From the human T2T-CHM13v2.0 reference genome, Homo sapiens: a stretch of 64,000 nucleotides of DNA. The translations under genes and the position numbers were made by a program. The notes beneath the pieces are model-generated. The model was not told the DNA's origin and did no database searches. It saw only the letters and a list, made by a program, of their open reading frames with translations. Positions 50,433 to 62,325 of the stretch are shown piece after piece (positions within the stretch are counted from its first letter, which is position 1; each line of letters opens with the position of its first letter). The DNA is taken from NCBI RefSeq assembly GCF_009914755.1, contig NC_060927.1; one strand, written 5' to 3'.

Positions 50433-51339
50433 CTGTAAAGAGCAGCAATGATGCCCTTGAGTTGACAAGTCCCCACAATTGCAGAGACTTCCTCCTCATT
50501 CCTACATTTATAGCCTATTCCTCATACCAGCCAAACCAGGAAGGTCAAGAGGAATTTAGCAAATGGTTCTCAGAGATATTGTTTTCCTTGGGACTCAGAA
50601 TCACTGGCATTAATTTTCCAGTTGATTTCCTGAGTCCAGGAATAAACTGTGAAGGAAGAACAACTCTAGGCTGGAACTGAAATGATTGTTCTTTTTCCTT
50701 TTTGCAGCTGGCTAGAATTTGAAATAAATAAGTTGTTGCTGACACAGTTTGTAGAATTTCTCATTTTTCATTTTGAAAGATTCTTTGCCAAACTAGCAGC
50801 TGTCACTTAGAGACTGTTAAGGAGTCACACAAATGACAGGGTTTTCTAAGAATAAAGCTATTCCAAAGGGTTTAATGCTATAGCTGATTCTCCTTTCCCT
50901 GACAAGGGGTGGATTGTGGAGGGAAGAAGGAGATGAGCTGAGGGGTCCCAGATACTAATCAAAAAACCTGAACATCTTTGATTGCAATGAAGGATCTTTA
51001 GTTATCATCTCTTTAGGCTTAATGCTGTGATATAAGAAGTAAGTGTAAAGTGCAGAGAATCACTTTTCCTAAGTACAGAGCTGGGGCTTCTTCCAAGGTA
51101 TGCTTGATTACCTTTTGGCATCTTTAGAAATTAGCTATGAATTATGCTCAACAATCTCTGTACACGTGTTTTATTTTAGTACATGCACCAGGGGGTTCAC
51201 TTTCCACTATTCTTCCACCGTCTTGCATTCTGTTGTTTAAGTTAAATTTTCTGTTGTTTATAACCACATTTTAAAATATCCTTTTTTATTAGAAAAAGTA
51301 GCACTTTTTTTGGTTTTTTTCTGTTCTAAAATCCTTTTA

Positions 51340-51738
51340 GCAAAACTATGGAGACAGTAAAAAGATCAGTGGTGGCCAAAGGTTGAGGGAGATGTGGGGT
51401 GTGGAAGGAATGAATAATTGGAGCACAGGATTTTTTTAAGGCAGTGAAACTACTCTGTATAATACTATAATGATGGATACATGTCCTTATAAATTTCTCC
51501 AAGCCCACAGAATGTACAGCATCAAGAGTGAGCCCAGATATGAACTGTGGACTTTGGATAACGGTATGTCACTATATGTTGATTAATTGCAACAGATGTA
51601 CCTCCTTTGTGCAGAATGTCAATAACAGGGGAGACTGTGCCTGGGGAGGAGAGGGGTTATATGGGAACTCTTTGTATTTTCCTCCCAATTTTTCTGTGAG
51701 CCTAAAACTGATATTTAAAAAAAAGTATTTATTTTTTA
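51340..51738 (+). mobile_element. L1MC1-like 3' end
   Basis: caaaactatggagacagtaaaaagatcagtggtggcca...ggcagtgaaactactctgtat...atatgggaactctttgtatttt; TSD aaaatcctttta/aaaatcctatta. Confidence 0.9.
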
Positions 51739-51759
51739 AAAATCCTATTATATAGAAAT

Positions 51760-52330
51760 GAATTAGAATATTAAAATCCTTCTTAATGTAACTTCTCAGA
51801 GATAATCTCCACAAAAGTTTTGATGTACGTTATTTCAGAACTTTTCTTTTTATGCATTCATTTTTATAATTTTGATGTAAATATTATTTTACAAGTCATT
51901 TTTATTAAAAAGAATAATTATAAATATATTTTCATGTCAACCCTTATGTCTCTACCACCTGTTTTTTGGACCTCATAGCTATACTATAATTTCTTGTATG
52001 ACTATATCATAGTTTATGATGCCAGTTACCTATGTGGACAGTTAGGTTATTTTGGTTTTTCACTATCACAAACAATGGTACAATTAAAATAATTTTGTAA
52101 GCTCATCTGTCAGGTAAGTCCCTGGGCCAAAAGGTGTACACACCTTAAATTTTTATAGATTTTGCCAAATTCCTCTCCAAAAGACAATTTATATGCCTAT
52201 CAGGAAGATATGAAAGTGCCTGTTTCTCCATTCTTCCTAATATGGAATACTACAAATGCATTTACTTAATTACTTTAGTGAGAATTAATACTTTTTTACA
52301 TAATTATTAGGCATCTGTATTCCTGGCCAA
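51760..52330 (-). mobile_element. Old L1ME fragment
   Basis: ggacagttaggttattttggtttttcactatcacaaacaatg...gggccaaaagg...ttgccaaattcctctccaaaag...atgaaagtgcctgtttctcca. Confidence 0.7.
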
Positions 52331-53879
52331 AAAAAATTTAAGAAGAATATGCTCACATTTCTTTATATCTAATCACTGGCATACCCACCTTATCTCTTGC
52401 CCACCTGCCCCCAGTTGTTTTATGTCAATATTCCTCAATGCATACCTTTGATTTACTAACTGATGCAACTCACTTTCAGTATGGTACCAGGCACTATGCT
52501 TGGCAATGAAGGGAATTTAAAAATGAAAAGGGAATGGGCTCTTTTTTTATGGAGCTTCATCCTTTTTAAGAATAGCTTGATATTGATCAAGTTAAGGCAC
52601 AGAGAAATTCCATGGCTCATCCATCACCCACTGCAAGTCCTCGGTTGTACAGGAGTTTGCATAAATATTCCTGAAATCCTTACCCAATATGACCATCACA
52701 CAGAGTCACACTGCAGATAATTAGAATTAAGGTCTCTTAATCTTTACTAATGACAAAGAAGTCTATGACAAATCACCCAAATTAACAAATTAATATTTAC
52801 ACAGTGTGAGCGAACATTTTGAAAATTTGTATATTGAATTAATTTACATCATGGTGCTCATCTTAACAACCCTCATTAAATGTTGGCATTGAGAAGAGTT
52901 TGTTTCATAGTACTTACAAAGAAAACTCATTTTCTAGTCCCTGTTTCCTCACAGATACAACGTATGGTGAAAGAGTTTGTCTTCAGGTTTAATTTTAAAC
53001 AATTTATTCTTATTTATCTCTAGATTTAGTTTATGTCTTGCTAAAATGAGAAGGGACTTGTTCCTTCAATATTCTTCTAAGTCATCACAATTGTCAAGAG
53101 AGAGTAAATGCCATGGATAATATGCCATTATATATGTTGTGGGGTGTTGCTGTTTTTTTTTTTTTCTTGTCAGTGTGAACCACCATCTTTGACACAAACT
53201 TTGCCATTTCCAAATCTGAAATTACTACTCTGATTACCATGGTCTTTAGAGATGGAATTCAGTCGCTCTGCAGAGTGAATATTCTTTAAAGACTGATAAA
53301 GCTTAGTGTTTCCTTTATACAGATTTTTAAAAAGTAAAGCATAAATATTCCGTATGGGAACAAACAGTGGCACAGAAGAAAATGAATGTAAATTCCTTAT
53401 GTTGTGCAAGACTAAATGAAAATGTAATGTGAATTCCTCCCTAACTCAGGCTCATCACTGGTGCCAGATGACTATGTGTTTCTGTAGTTTTAAAAATCAC
53501 TTCAATTTTCAACCAAATGCTGCTAGCCAGATAAACAGTGTGTCTCTGGTGCTTTTTATAATGCTTTTTAGAAGAGAAATACAGGGAGTAAGAAAAAAAA
53601 GTACACTCAGCTCTTCTTTCAAAGTCTCACTGTACATCAGCAGAAATACTCAGAGACGTGTTGAACTTTTGAGCCCTCGTTCATTCACTCATTTGGTCAG
53701 TCCATCTGTGTCAAGTGTGTAACCAGATGAGGATAGGGTGCTTGCCCTCAGCAACAGAACTAGTCCATCTTTAGCTATGTTTGCGATCTAAGGGCACCAC
53801 CATCTTAGCTAATTGGATGGGAGGTGGGCACTAATTTATCAGCCAGTCAATAATTTATAAATGGTTCCTGGCAAAAAGA

Positions 53880-54955
53880 CTCGTTCATTCATAGAGCACA
53901 TTTTTTGAATGCCTGCACTGTGCCAGGAGCTGTTCTTGGTGCCGGGAATCCAGTGGAGAGCAAGATTGATTGGGGCCTTCTCATGGAGCTTCATGTTGTA
54001 GTGGGAGGAAGGAAGGGAGAAAATAAACAAGCAAACGAGCAAGAGACCAAGACTGTGTCAGATTAAAATAGGTACCATGACAAAAATTAAACAGAGTGAT
54101 GTGATGAATAATTGGGGAAACGTTGGCAAAGAGATCCCTTTTATGAGGAGACATTGAGCAGAGACCTGAATAGCAAGAAAGATGAACGATTGCAAAGATC
54201 TGGAGAAGAGATTCTTACAGATGGAACAGCAGGAGCAAAGGCGGGAAGAGGCCTGGTGTGGTAAAGGAATAGAAGGAAGACTAGTGTGGCGAGACCACAG
54301 TGCGTAAGTGCAGAGTGTGATGCAGTGAGGCGGGGAGGAGCCAGTATCAGACATGGCCTCGTGGGCCCGATAAGGCGTGTGAATTTTTTTCTAGATGAAA
54401 GGGGCATCTTTTACTTACAACTACAGAAGTAGGCCAGCCATGGTGGCTCACACCTGTAATCTGAGCACTTTGGGAGGCTGAAGCAGGAGGATCGCTTGTG
54501 CCCAGCAGTTCAAGACCAGCCCGGGCAACATAGTGGGACCTCACCTCTAAAAAAAAAAAAAAAGAATAAAAAATTAAAAAAAAAAAACTACACAAGTGCC
54601 ATGATCTGATTTACATATTTTAATAATTATTTTAGCTGCTATGTGAAAAAAAATTTTTTCTGGTGCAGTGAGGAGACCAGTTAAATGGTGGTTACAGATA
54701 ATCTAGGCAACAGTTGATGGTGGCTTAATTCAGGTTTTAGTGGTTCAGAGAGAGAAAACTGGAATAATTTAGGATATATGTAAAGGTATAATCCATAGAA
54801 CTGGCTAATAGAAAGCATATATGGGCGAGAAGGTTAGGCAAAGAAGGAATGAAGTTTTGGGGTCCAAGAACTGGAAGGATGATGGTGGGAGGTTGGTGGG
54901 ATATCAGTTGGTTGTTCTATTTTGGACATGTAAATCTGTGATATTTATTAGATGC
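53880..54955 (-). mobile_element. L2 (L2a-like) 3' portion, split by FLAM
   Basis: cattcatag...gtgccaggagctgttcttggtgccggg...cttctcatggagcttcatgttgtagtgggagg...gacattgagcagagacctgaa. Confidence 0.85.
54432..54585 (+). mobile_element. FLAM_C (free left Alu monomer)
   Basis: Single monomer with ggaggatcgcttg..cccag..gttcaagaccagc..gggcaacatagtg, then A-tail; TSD aactacagaagt/aactacacaagt. Confidence 0.88.
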
Positions 54956-54989
54956 AATAGTTTTTTTCTTAATAAATGAGGAAATGACC

Positions 54990-55400
54990 TGTTGTAGAAA
55001 GCTGCACCAGACCAACTCGATTTCTTATTTGGGGAATTTGCACCAAGAAGCTAGAGAGAGTAGGAACAAAGGAGGGATAGAGTTTCACATCATTGATGAG
55101 GTACAGTCAAGACCAAAGAGGCAATGAAGAACTCTATATAAGCCAAAATTATAAGGAAGCAGAAAACTCTGAATCAAGAAGGAGGCCACTTCCTTCAGAG
55201 GTGAAGGAAAGTATCAGAGGAACAAAGACACCTTGAGAAACCAGCAGGATGCATGTCCTGTGACAGAGACGGGAGGTGAGTTAATCCTAGAGCTGCCTCT
55301 GTATTTCTTACTTTCTAGCTCCGTTCATATGTATCCTTCCAAAAATACCCTCATTTCTTGATGTAACCTAAATGGGTCTCTGTTTCTTTCTAATACACTA
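54990..55400 (+). mobile_element. Ancient MLT1-type LTR fragment
   Basis: 3' end aaataccctcatttcttgatgtaacctaaatgggtctctgtttctttctaataca resembles MLT1 termini. Confidence 0.4.
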
Positions 55401-55929
55401 ACCTATTTGAAATAAATACACAGGCACACTGAGGACCACCAAGATTAGTATGACAAATTCATTGTCCTCAAGGAATTCACAGTTCAGTGAAGAAGAAAAG
55501 ATAATCACACACACACACACAAAAACTGTTTTGTAAAGTCAAAATGGAAGGCTAAAGGTGTTAAAACACTATTTATTTGCCATTGGGATTAAATTTTTTT
55601 AAAATTAAACAAAAAATATGCAACTTGCTCACTGGAATCTGCATTAAGTAATAGAAAGTGTGACAATTTCTAGCAGGAAATAGATGGTATTAAATAAGAC
55701 AAGGGTTTCCCAGTTTGGAGCATGGTTTTTACCCATACCTGCATACCACCTGGACTATTTACTTAATATTTTCGTTTGAGTAAAAACTCACTTTTGTAAT
55801 TGAAATGCACACTTTACCCCATCCTAAACGATAATACCCTTGAAACAATGTGAAAATAAAGAGCAGTCCTCTATGCCTCCGCAGTCATCTCAATCATCAA
55901 GGCTACATGTACTAGATTCTTGGAAACAC

Positions 55930-56140
55930 TGTCCTAGAGAAAAAAGAGCTGAATCCAGGGTTACGAGATCTGACTTTGGACTTGCCTCCCTCACCGAGCA
56001 ATTGTGGGATTCTGGGTGAGTCAGTCTGTTTTTATCTCCGCAATAAAATGAGTACAATATCAGCCCTGCCCACCTTACAAGGTGATTACAGATCAAACAA
56101 ACCAAAGTGTGTCAAAATGGTTGAAAAAAGAAAAAGTACT
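55930..56140 (+). mobile_element. MIR SINE
   Basis: tgtgggattctgggtgagtcag...aataaaatgagtacaatatcagccctgcccaccttacaagg. Confidence 0.55.
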
Positions 56141-56469
56141 GAATATATGACAGTGCTTATTATGGATGTAGATGTGGACTGTAATGATCATACAGTGGCT
56201 TCCTAAAATGAGTGTCCCTTGGGAAAATGCTGGCATTTTAAAACCAAAAAGAATGGTTTCTCCTCTAAGCTATGTTCCCAGGATGTTCCAGCTCTTATCT
56301 TCTCAAAACTTGTTTTCACTCACACAATTTGATCACTGCTCATTCACTGCTTTTGTGGTATTTCCAATTATTTCTAGCAAGCAAGCCTCATCTTCCCAAA
56401 TATATTAAAAAGTCCCCAGAGAACTCATTCAAATGAGTTAACAATTATAAAATAAACTATACATTATAG

Positions 56470-56690
56470 TACATAGTGTGGTATAGACAAGGATTTAGTG
56501 CTATTTATGGGCTGAGTCTTTGTACAAGTTATTAATCTCTCTGAACCTATTTTCTAATTTGGAAAATGAAACTAATAATCCCTATTTTGCAAGTTTTCTG
56601 TGACATTGAATGAAATAATGATAGTTAATTGCTTAATACAGTGCCTGGCCCATGGCAAATTGTAAAAAAAAATAGCCATTATTATTGCAA
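56470..56690 (+). mobile_element. MIR SINE
   Basis: caagttattaatctctctgaacc...ggaaaatgaaactaataatccct...cagtgcctggcccatgg. Confidence 0.75.
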
Positions 56691-56796
56691 GAGTGATGAG
56701 CATTATTATTCGCACTGGTGACATACCAGTATTAGGGGTCTAGAATTCTAAATGTCATTATACTCACCTCATAGGGTTATTATGAAAATTAAATGA

Positions 56797-57155
56797 GGCT
56801 GGGAGTGGTGGCTCACGCCTGTAATCTCAGCACTTTTGGAGGTTGAGGTGGGCAGATTGCTTGATCTCAGAAGTTGGAGACCTGCCTGGGCAACATGGTG
56901 AAACCTCGTCTTTACAAAAAATACAAGAATTATCTGAGAATGGTGGCATGCCCCTGTAGTCCCAGCTACTTGCTGGGCTGAGATGGGAGGATCACTTGCA
57001 CCTGGGAGGTTAATGCTGCAGTAAGCTGAGTTTCTGTTAGTGCTCTCCAGCCTAGGTGACAAAGAGCTACTCTGTCCCCCACCCTCCCCCAACCAAAAAA
57101 AAAAAAAAAAAAAAGAAAAGAAAAAGAAAAAATAATAGAATAGAAAAGAAAAGAA
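56797..57155 (+). mobile_element. AluJb inserted in a MIR (56750-57240)
   Basis: ggctgggagtggtggctcacgcctgtaatc...gggaggatcacttg..cctgggaggtt..gctgcagt; C-rich segment before the A-tail; MIR continues on both sides. Confidence 0.9.
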
Positions 57156-57497
57156 AATGAAAGTAATCACATGTAAACACGGTCTGGCACATGATAAGTG
57201 CTTAATAAATATGATGAGCCTTTGCTATCATCATCAGCTTTTGTTATCTCCGTGTCTACTATTGTAAGTCTTACTTGGATAAAGTAGGATATGATGACTT
57301 TAAGAATTTTGAGTTGTAGAAAATTCTGTATCTAATCATAATTGACTACATTGTTATCTATTTTTTGAAATACTCTAAGAATTTAACACAATGTTAGAAA
57401 GTAATAGATACCTAAAAGATACTACATGATGAACAGGAGAGATTAGCCTATGGTTTGATTTGAACAAGTAAAACTTCTTATTGATAAAGAGCTAGAC

Positions 57498-57813
57498 CTG
57501 TGCTATTATACACTAGCTACATGCACTTGAAACGTGGCTGGTCTGAATGGAGGTATGCTGTAAGTGTAAAATACACATTACATTTCAAAGACTTAGTATG
57601 AAGAAAATAATATTTAAGTCTCATTAATAATTATTTATATTGATTACACATAGATGCAAGTGATATTTTCGATATATTGGTTTATATAGACATGTTATCA
57701 AAATTTATTTCACCTGTTTCTTTTTATTTTTTTAATGTAGCTACCAGAAAATTTAAAATTGCACATATAGTTCCCATTAGTGGCTTGCATTCTAGTTCTG
57801 TTGGGCAGTGCTG
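57498..57813. mobile_element. MER33 (hAT-Charlie)
   Basis: gcacttgaaacgtggctggtctgaat...tgctgtaagtgtaaaatacac...atttcacctgtttcttttta...ttgggcagtgctg; hAT-like flanks agctagac/atctagga. Confidence 0.85.
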
Positions 57814-57821
57814 ATCTAGGA

Positions 57822-59015
57822 CTTTTTTAGACTTCATTTTTTAGAGGAATTTTAGGCTCACAGCAAAATGGAGAGGAAAGTACAGAGATTTCTCATAATC
57901 CCCCTTCCCCGCCACATGCATACCTTCCCCCTTTATCAATATCCCCCACCAGAGTAGTGCATTTGTTAAAACTGATGAACCTACACTGACACATCATTAT
58001 CATCCAAAGTCCACAGTTTACCTCAGGGTTCACTCTTGTTGTTGTATGTTCTACGGGTTTGAGTAAATGTACAATGACATATAATCACCACTATAGTACT
58101 ATATGGAGTATTTTCACTGCTCTGAAAATCCACTGTGATCTGCTTATTCACCACCCTCACCACCTCCAACCTCTGACAACCATTGATGCTTTTTCTGTCT
58201 CCATAGTTTTGCTTTTTCCAGAATGGCATATAGTTGAAGTCATACAGTATGTAGCTCTTTCAGATTGGCTTATTTCACTTAGTAATATGCATTTAAGTTT
58301 TCTCCATGTCTTTTCTTAGCTTGGTAGCTCCTTTCTTTTTAGCACTTAATAATATTCCATTGGATGTAGCTCCTTTCTTTTTAGCACTTAATAATATTCC
58401 ATTGGATGTAGCTCCTTTCTTTTTAGCACTTAATAATATTCCATTGCATGTACTGCAGTTTATCCCTTCACCTACAAAAGGACATCTAAGTTGCTTCCGA
58501 GTCTCTAGGATTATGAATGAAGCTACTATAAACATCTCTATGCAGATTTTCATGTGGACATAAGGTTTTAATTCCTTTGGGTAGATACTAAGGAATGGAA
58601 TTACTGGGTCACATGGTAAGAGTATGTTTAGTTTGTGTAAGAAATCACCAAATTGCTTTCCAAAGTAGCTGAGCCATTTTGCATTCCCACCAGAAATAAA
58701 CATTTGGTGCTATCAGTGTTCTGGATTTTTGCCATTATAATATTAAGAGGTATGTAATTGTATCTCATTCTTTTAATTTGTATTTTTTTTCTGATGACAC
58801 GTGATGTGGAACATCTTTTCATATATTTATTTGCCCTCTGCATATCTTCTTTGGTGAGGTGTCTGTTAAGGTCTTTGGCCCATTTTTTAATCAGAATGTT
58901 TCCTTATTGTTGAGGTTTAGAAGTTTTTTGTGTATCCTGGATAACAGTCCTTTATGAAATGTATCTTTTGCAAATATTTTCTCCAAGTCTATGGCTTGTC
59001 TTCTTCATTCTCTTT
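57822..59015 (-). mobile_element. L1MC1-like 3' region (end of ORF2 plus 3' UTR)
   Basis: ORF-track peptides 'RANKYMKRCSTSRVIRKKIQIKRMRY' and 'YPKELKPYVHMKICIEMFIVASFII' resemble the L1 ORF2p C-terminus; the 3' UTR matches the copy at 51340. Confidence 0.92.
58324..58452 (+). repeat. 3 x 42-bp tandem repeat
   Basis: GTAGCTCCTTTCTTTTTAGCACTTAATAATATTCCATTGGAT at 58324, 58366 and 58408 (one mismatch in copy 3). Confidence 0.97.
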
Positions 59016-60689
59016 ATAATCTAGGCCATTGAAGAGTTCAAGTGCTGGCAAAATATTGTGGCACGTCTTATAATTGTACAATATCAAAATGGCCTTTTTG
59101 AACAGAAAACAGTAGCAAAATTCTTCTCAGACTTTTAATCTCAACTCTTTTTTACTGTTTTTTGTTTGTTAAAGCTATTTTCTCCAATTATTGTTTTGTA
59201 GAAAGTCACAGTTTTAAGGAGGTAGGGTTTAGTCATCTATTCCAGTTTTGTCATTTGTTTACATCTCATTTTATTTAAAATGTATTTTTTTCTAACAAAA
59301 CATTTAAGGGTTGTTTCTACTGGATTAAAAAGTATAGAAGAGTAACAGTACCTCCTAAAACTAACAAACTAACAAAATACCAAATACACAACAAATAATG
59401 TTAGAATTATATGTATAATCTTAAAGGACAGTCAGTGGCTAAGGTGATGAGTCTGAAAAAAATGAATTATTTAGATATCAATAATATTTTAATTAATTTA
59501 TATGAATAGGATATTGCCTTTAGTAATGCCATTTATACCCAGCATTAACAGATTATAGAAGATTACCATTTCCTACTTAGTATTCCATATTAATTTGTGA
59601 ATCTAGTGGATTTTTATTGAAAACCTTACGTTATTTTCATACGCACATTTCCAAATCTTTAGCAAGTACTATATATAACAGGATAACCTTTTAATGAGTT
59701 ATTTTATATTAATTGTTGAAATTAAAATATTTTACCAAAGAATATGCTGATAATGTTTTAAATTATCATATACATCTATGCATCCACATGTAGGTCTGAC
59801 TGTTCAGACTTTTGGGAATATTATAAAATTAGGAGCCCTGGTAAGCTAAGAGTCAACACGAACTGCTTTACTTCATGAAGATCTTGCAAAGAAAATCTCA
59901 ACAACTGTCTGAAGCTCGCAAAATAATTTTTTATAAAGAGATATTAAGTACCAACTTGCTTTAGCTTAGAACTGGTGATTCACAGAATAGAAGAAATAAA
60001 ATGTTCTTTCTGTAATCTACTCACCTCCATCTTCCTTCTTCACTCTGCAGGTTTGTAACAATCCACCCTCCTCCAAATTTACAAACCATTTGCTTTTCCA
60101 AAGTTTATCTACAAGTCAGTCATTGCCCCTTCGAGTGCAATGTGTATTACGTTCCAAGGCTAGCCCACCAAACCTCCGTATATTGCTAAAATGCTATGCA
60201 TTTACACTGAACAACCCAGATGCAACATAATTAATGAAAAGAGATTGCCACAAAATTAAATATTATTTTAAAATATGTCTTGATCTATGCTTGAAAAAAG
60301 GCAGTTTTTAATTAGCAAATGAAGAGAAAATGGGAGAGACTTCTGTGGCCATTCTGAAAGTTGGTTTGGGAACTTTCAAAGACTATCGAGGTTAATGGCA
60401 AAGATTCTGTATAGCATCTAGTAGAATTTCCAAATGTCAGACTTATTACCCTTAAATGCATTAGCCACGGTAGGGTCCTGTGTGACTCACGTGGACAGAG
60501 GGATGTAGGGGAAGTGATAAAAAGAGAGCAAATCAGAGTAGAGAGATTTCTGAGATGACTGAGAAAGAGGTGAAAGTCAGAAAAGGGAGGTGAATCAAGA
60601 GTGTGTCTGTGAGTGAAAGATGGTAAGTGAACTGGAAACAGAAGGAAGAAAAGAGAATGTATGGAGCATACTGTCAGTGATCAGTGTTA

Positions 60690-61005
60690 ACAGCTCTCAT
60701 TTACTGAGCTCCCACACTGGGCCAGCACTGTGCCAAGCGCTTTAGACACATGTAATTTTCACAATGAAAGTCTCACTTATAAATGACAAAACCAAGGCCC
60801 AGAAGGTTAAATGTTAGGTTGAAGCATATGAAATTGACACATTTATAGATCAAAACCAGGTGAATATCGACAATTTTATGTGAAAAGACCTCAACTTAAC
60901 ACCTTACCGAAGGCCACAGGGCTAGTAAATTTTGGAATGAGGTTTTAAATGCCTCAAATACCTGGCTCCAAAACACTAGTTATTTCCCCTACTTTTCACA
61001 CTTCC
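60690..61005 (-). mobile_element. MIR split by MADE2
   Basis: catttactgagc...cactgtgccaagcgcttt...aaaccaaggcccagaaggttaa[MADE2]...aaggccacagggctagtaaat. Confidence 0.75.
60812..60901. mobile_element. MADE2 mariner MITE
   Basis: ttaggttgaagcatatgaaattg...gaatatcgacaattttatgtg...tcaacttaa; long TIRs. Confidence 0.8.
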
Positions 61006-61674
61006 ACACAACAATACTGGTGAGAAGTAAAAATATCTTACGGGAGAAGCTTGAGTCAGACAAGCCCTCATTCTGGCCATGAAAATGGTCCCATCAAAGA
61101 AGGAATGCTTTTTGGAGCCAAGTGGAGGGTAGGGAACAGAGTAGAACTAATTATTTGAATGTATGGGTTATTTGTGGGTCTGCTTTTGCAGCTTGAAGGT
61201 TGTCTACAGTAAATAGTTTATATGTATTAAAAAGTTAATTGATAAAGTGAAGACCATTCCTGCAACAGCATGCTTACATTGCAATGTGTTTATATACAAG
61301 ATAAATATTTTATTCCTTTCACCCTAAGAAAGCAGGGTTTTATTGGTTATCAACAGCTAACATCTTTATGCAAATTATTCCATTGGAACTGGCTGTGATT
61401 TTCATTCCAATTGGCTGCATGGTTTAGTCAACAATATTCTAACAGCTAGATGAGTTCAATCAATGACATTAATGCCTTATGAAGGGCCTTCTTTGCCAAC
61501 CCTTTTATTGATTTTTGTATTTTTATGTCCTCTAAGATTTCCTCATTGGGCTGAAACCTCTACCCGCCGATAAATAGCTCTGTCTGTTGTTCTGGACTTA
61601 TTTCATTTTTTTCTGAGTATTAAGGCAGCACCTAGATTACTCCTCCACACTTTGTTGTCACTCAAACTTAGATG

Positions 61675-61785
61675 CTCCTCCCTTCCTTCCTTCCTTCCTT
61701 TTCTCCTTGCTTTTTTCCTTCTCTCTCTCCCTTCCTCTCTTCCCTTTTCCTCCGCTCTCTTCTTCTTTCCTTTCTTTCCTTCTCC
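61675..61785 (+). repeat. Polypyrimidine (CCTT)n-rich low-complexity tract
   Basis: Read directly. Confidence 0.9.
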
Positions 61786-62046
61786 TGACTTAGCCTTACA
61801 GAGCAAATTTGCAATATGAACCATTGATTGAACATGGGCCCCAATGCCATGATTGGACAGTGGGAAAGGCCTAAGGTGACTGATGGAGTACATATGCTTC
61901 TTTCCAAATCTGCACTTTCTACTTCTCAGTTAATGATACCCAAAAAGCTAATAGTTATTAATTGTATGCCACAAAATTTTCCTAATGGATTTTCTCATTT
62001 ATTTTGAGAAAGCTTATTTTGTCTCCTCCAGGTGAATGAGTTAGGC

Positions 62047-62325
62047 CAGTGATCCCCAAAGTGATTTTTCAGAACTATTAATCCTGTGAAATGCTCTTCA
62101 AAGAAAGGATTTAAATGCTGTTGAGAAACACCATTTACTGGCCCCCTTTATGATGTACGTTGAAATTGTAAATGCTCTGAGAAGTCCTACAGTAGAAAAA
62201 TCTGTTTATTTTTGTTCATCTGGCATTTCCCAAACTCATTTGATCATAGAAACTTTTCTTAAAGTGTTAAGATCTTTTAACGTCACACAATTAGTTTTTC
62301 ATATGGCATACTTTGGGAAATGCGG
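62047..62325. mobile_element. MER103C-like hAT MITE
   Basis: cagtgatccccaaagtg...gctctgagaagtcctacagtagaaaaatctgttta...catttcccaaactcatttgatcat...ctttgggaaatgc. Confidence 0.7.

Noticed and set aside
51183-51198. CTCF-like motif gcaccagggggttc (similar partial matches near 37880 and 44060)
   Set aside because: Mismatches at key positions; cannot be supported without ChIP data
58324-58452. CRISPR-like array
   Set aside because: The repeats are contiguous with no unique spacers, in a primate L1 context with no cas genes
58293-58843. L1 ORF2-like peptides as a functional CDS
   Set aside because: Frameshifted, short C-terminal remnants of an ancient L1MC element; no intact RT or endonuclease domain
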